A stretch of 64,000 bases of DNA from Amoebophrya sp. A120. Its lineage: Eukaryota; Protista; Dinoflagellata. Below, in pieces: positions 60,723 to 64,000 of the stretch; within the stretch, counting starts at the first letter, position 1; each line of letters starts with the position of its first letter. The position numbers and the translations under genes were made by a program. The notes below the pieces were generated by a model. It did no database searches. It saw nothing but the letters and a program-made list of their open reading frames with translations, and had not been told where the DNA came from. The stretch lies in the NCBI GenBank assembly GCA_905178155.1, contig CAJINV010000016.1, positions 959,386 to 1,023,385 of the forward strand, in the 5' to 3' direction.

Positions 60723-63700
60723 GTGCATGTGCCAAAGAAAAAATCCAATGGAGACTGCGTCTTAGTGCACACGGGGGTGTACTGAGGGAATATTAAACTA
60801 GGATCGTCACAACTGCATCGGAGGGAAGATCTTCATCTGTAATTATCTCTATTTATTCGTTTCGCGAAAGCAAGAGGATAAAGTGAGATGGTGTGCATGA
60901 TTATTTTCTCCGATGATCGTAGTTTTTATTCCTGTTCTGAAGACGCGTTTCACATTTTTGTAATTTCCAGATTTTGCTTGAGGTTTGGTTTGGGTTTTTC
61001 ATTTTTTCAACCCGTAAAAAACGTTATTTTCAAAATAGAGTCACTGATTTCCTTATTGGGTCGCTTTCATCATGGTCGTTATAGTGAAGCAGACTGCAAA
61101 AAATTCTTCTGTAAATTTAAGTTTCTATGTTCAAAGTTGCAGCTGATCTTCTATAGTACGCGACCAGTTGTTTCTAGTTGTGCCGGTTTCTGTTTCGACG
61201 TAACAAAAAAGCTGTAGTTTGAAAATCACCATTTTTAGTCGCTTTGACATTATCTTTCGGGGATAAGAAAAGATAAAGGCTCATGTCTACTTCCCGTCTA
61301 TTCTCTACGATCTCGTCCTAACTCCCGCAAGGTCACAGGCTCCACAGCTCGATAGCGTCACGCTCCTAGTCCCGCCACTTTGTAAGCGGTAAGCCCTTGT
61401 GCTGCGATTTATTTCTGCCTAACAATCCAGTAAATTGTTTTCGATAGGTACTAGTCCGAATCTATCAATCGCGTTTCTCAATGTCCCTTCGGGTTGAGGT
61501 TCATATTGATACGGTTAAGACGAAAAATATTTATCGGACAGAGGCATGATAATGCTTTGTTGTTTTTTTTTTCTTATTCTTTCAGCAACAGACGACCATG
61601 CTGATAGAAATTGCTACCATTTTTTTTCAAAATGCACACTACCTAGACCGATTTATTGCCTTTTCTGCCGAAACAGACTGTTTTTGAAATACATCCTCCT
61701 CGACGTGGTGAAGATGCTTTCTCCCAGGTTAGTTTTAAGGCCCTTGCCAGGTAAGTAGAAGTAGACAAAAGACTTCTACATCCCGCACCTGCACGACTGG
61801 GGCTAACGCAATCATTTTTTTATCCAACGTCTCAGCTCCCTGTAATAGGTGTTCTTTTACGCGCTTTTTATCCGTCTCGTTCGACAGATAGACTCCTGCT
61901 ACACACTGTCTGGACGAGATGAAGACAAAAGAAGTGTCTGTTTGGACAGTTTCAAGATGCCCTTTCACTCTCAACACTTTTGCACCACGCAGCAAAGTGA
62001 TAGGACACACGACCCACGAAGCTACAAATCTGCTGCATAATTGTGCACATCACGACGACCGTTGCACGATCGAGGAGCTTCAGCTCCAAAATTGAAAAGT
62101 ACACGACTTACTTTACAAAATGCCTTTATGTAGCTTATTTATGATACCCCAGACCCAGTTCTAGTTGTTGAGTTGTAAAGATCATGAGAAGGATGTTGCT
62201 ATCACCTCCTGCAGCAACACTTGCAAAAACGAAAAGGAGGACTTGCTGGCTTGGAGGAGATAGCAACGTGCTACTGCCTGTGTAGTTCTTGGTTCCTCAT
62301 GCTAGTGCATTGTCAGCGCTTGTTCTAGTCTTCTAGTGCTGTCAGTGCACTAGTAGGATTTAGTTAGGAAAATAATGGTAGCATGGTATTCCTGCAGTTC
62401 TTGGACTTTGACTATTATCCTCAAAAAATAAAGTTACGAAAACTACAAATCCAGTCGCGTTTCGCTCGTACGTTGATTCTCTTGTAACAATATATTCTCT
62501 CTATTTTCCTGTAGAAGTAGCGGATGCACCAGAAACAAGACCACCGAAATTGGCTGCTCCTATCAGTATAATCCGTAGAAAATGTACAACATATCAATGC
62601 AGCATTTGCATTGGACTTTAAATCAGCTTGAAAGTGACTTGTAAGACGTAGCAGTTGGACTACTTTTTATTTTTAGTCGCGAAATCCCGTAAAATCTCTC
62701 TTGTCCTCAGTCCGCAAAACGCAAAAGTATAGTACTACGAATCGAAATTTAATTGCAACAAATAGAAAGAGAATGAGCAGTTGTCTCTGCCCACGACGCC
62801 CGGTTGTCTATCGGGAGCTTGTTTTGTGTCATTGAGATGGTTCTTTCGTCACGCATGCATATTTATCGGGCGGCGGTGGCGGTACGACCCTGCAAACTAA
62901 GGCTCGTGATGTTTGCCGTACGTAAGATCCCCGGTGTTGCAGTCACATAACGACCGTGCTTCCAAGCAGGTGTTCCTGTTATTTTGTCTTCTTTCGTGTT
63001 GCAGAAGCAGAAACTCTGCACCGGCGAAAATTTCCAGAGTTTTGCCACTCGGGGCGCGAGCATAGTAGAAGTAGAGAAGTGGTCTAGTCTAACAAGGAGG
63101 ACAGTTACATGCTATTGCTTGTCTCCTGTCTGAGACCACAAGGAGCCCCATGAGCGGGCGTGTGGCTAGAGGGAGCGAAGAACATGATGAGCAAGGTGAT
63201 ACGTGCATAAGTAAAAAAAATCAAGGTTGATTTTTACTTTTCACATATTGGATCATAGTTGTTAATTAAGATCTTGAGCAGTTGCATCTTCGACACCAGA
63301 ACTACGAACAAGATGTTGTGAACTCGTACTGCGGTGCCAGCATCTCTTTCTTCGGAACATGATTTTTTCCCCTCCTCCAAGGACGAGGAAGATGAGGCCC
63401 TGGTGCATGGCGCAACGAAGAACAAGTATGACAAACAAATTTTCGCCGCCGGCCTTAGCAACAAGAACAACCACCACCATCACGAACACCTGAACAAAAG
63501 ATTCAACGTCTTCGAGGTGAACCCTCTCTACTATGGGCGCGCGCCACTCGCGCGCGCCCCCGGGAGTAGTAGATGAGAGAGGCATAGAAAATAATTGTCG
63601 TGATGGCAATTATGAGACTGGCACTGGTGTTGGTGACGACCAAGCACGAGGAAGAGTGCCCTTCAAAAATCCGAATAAACATTTCTCCCCGGCGTTCGGC

Positions 63701-64000
63701 GCCCCCGATGATGCGAGACGAAGTAGAGAATCTGGTGAGGCAAGACCAAGACAAGAACTCGCGTACGAAGACTACTCGCCGGTGCGAAAGTGCTGCACTC
63801 TCGGCGGAGGAGGTCGTGGGTATGGAGGGTTTGCTGCTCCTTCCGACACAACTGGTCGTCATGAAAGGAATGCAAGAGCCAGCCGCGTATGGGGCTCGGC
63901 GGGAAATCAGGTTGTAGAAGAGCAAAAAAATCAGAAAAGCGCTCAGGCGCAAAATCTACTTCTGCAGCACACAAATGAACAAACTACATGGAACAATAAA

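Noticed and set aside
2939-60723. Many short ORFs sharing peptides such as [22 protein letters not shown] and KCLGLE as a protein family
   Set aside because: They are translations of introner TIRs in various frames
1-64000. Dinoflagellate spliced-leader relics, tRNA or rRNA genes
   Set aside because: I saw no CCGTAGCCATTTTGGCTCAAG-like sequence and no cloverleaf or rRNA signature by eye; a tRNAscan/Infernal run would be needed to exclude them

Overview
This is eukaryotic DNA from a gene-dense protist. All recognisable genes lie on the + strand: a PEX6-like AAA ATPase 3' end, a pentameric ligand-gated channel, a giant saccharopine-dehydrogenase-like protein, a single-pass membrane protein, a HERC-type RCC1-HECT E3 ligase, a CDPK, a SpoU/TrmH methyltransferase and a K/S/A-rich protein. 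The dominant feature is about 70 short, non-canonical, transposon-like introns (introners) in at least 8 sequence families. Almost all start TAT and end ATA, carry family-specific terminal inverted repeats (TIRs), and are flanked by a 5-bp target-site duplication (TSD). They share an internal GCAT(G/T/C)ACAA motif. Removing an element plus one TSD copy restores the reading frame wherever I traced it. This architecture matches the introner-invaded genomes of the parasitic dinoflagellate Amoebophrya (the taxon is my inference). Copies of one family occur in both orientations inside + strand genes, which argues for strand-symmetric, non-GT-AG excision. Introners also host nested cargo. One holds a 5.2-kb 5'-truncated non-LTR retrotransposon with a (CCAA)5 tail and four covarying hairpins in its 3' UTR. 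Others hold a fold-back MITE, a G-rich minisatellite insert and a (GAAA)n-tailed fragment. Coordinates were counted by hand and may be off by 1-2 nt.
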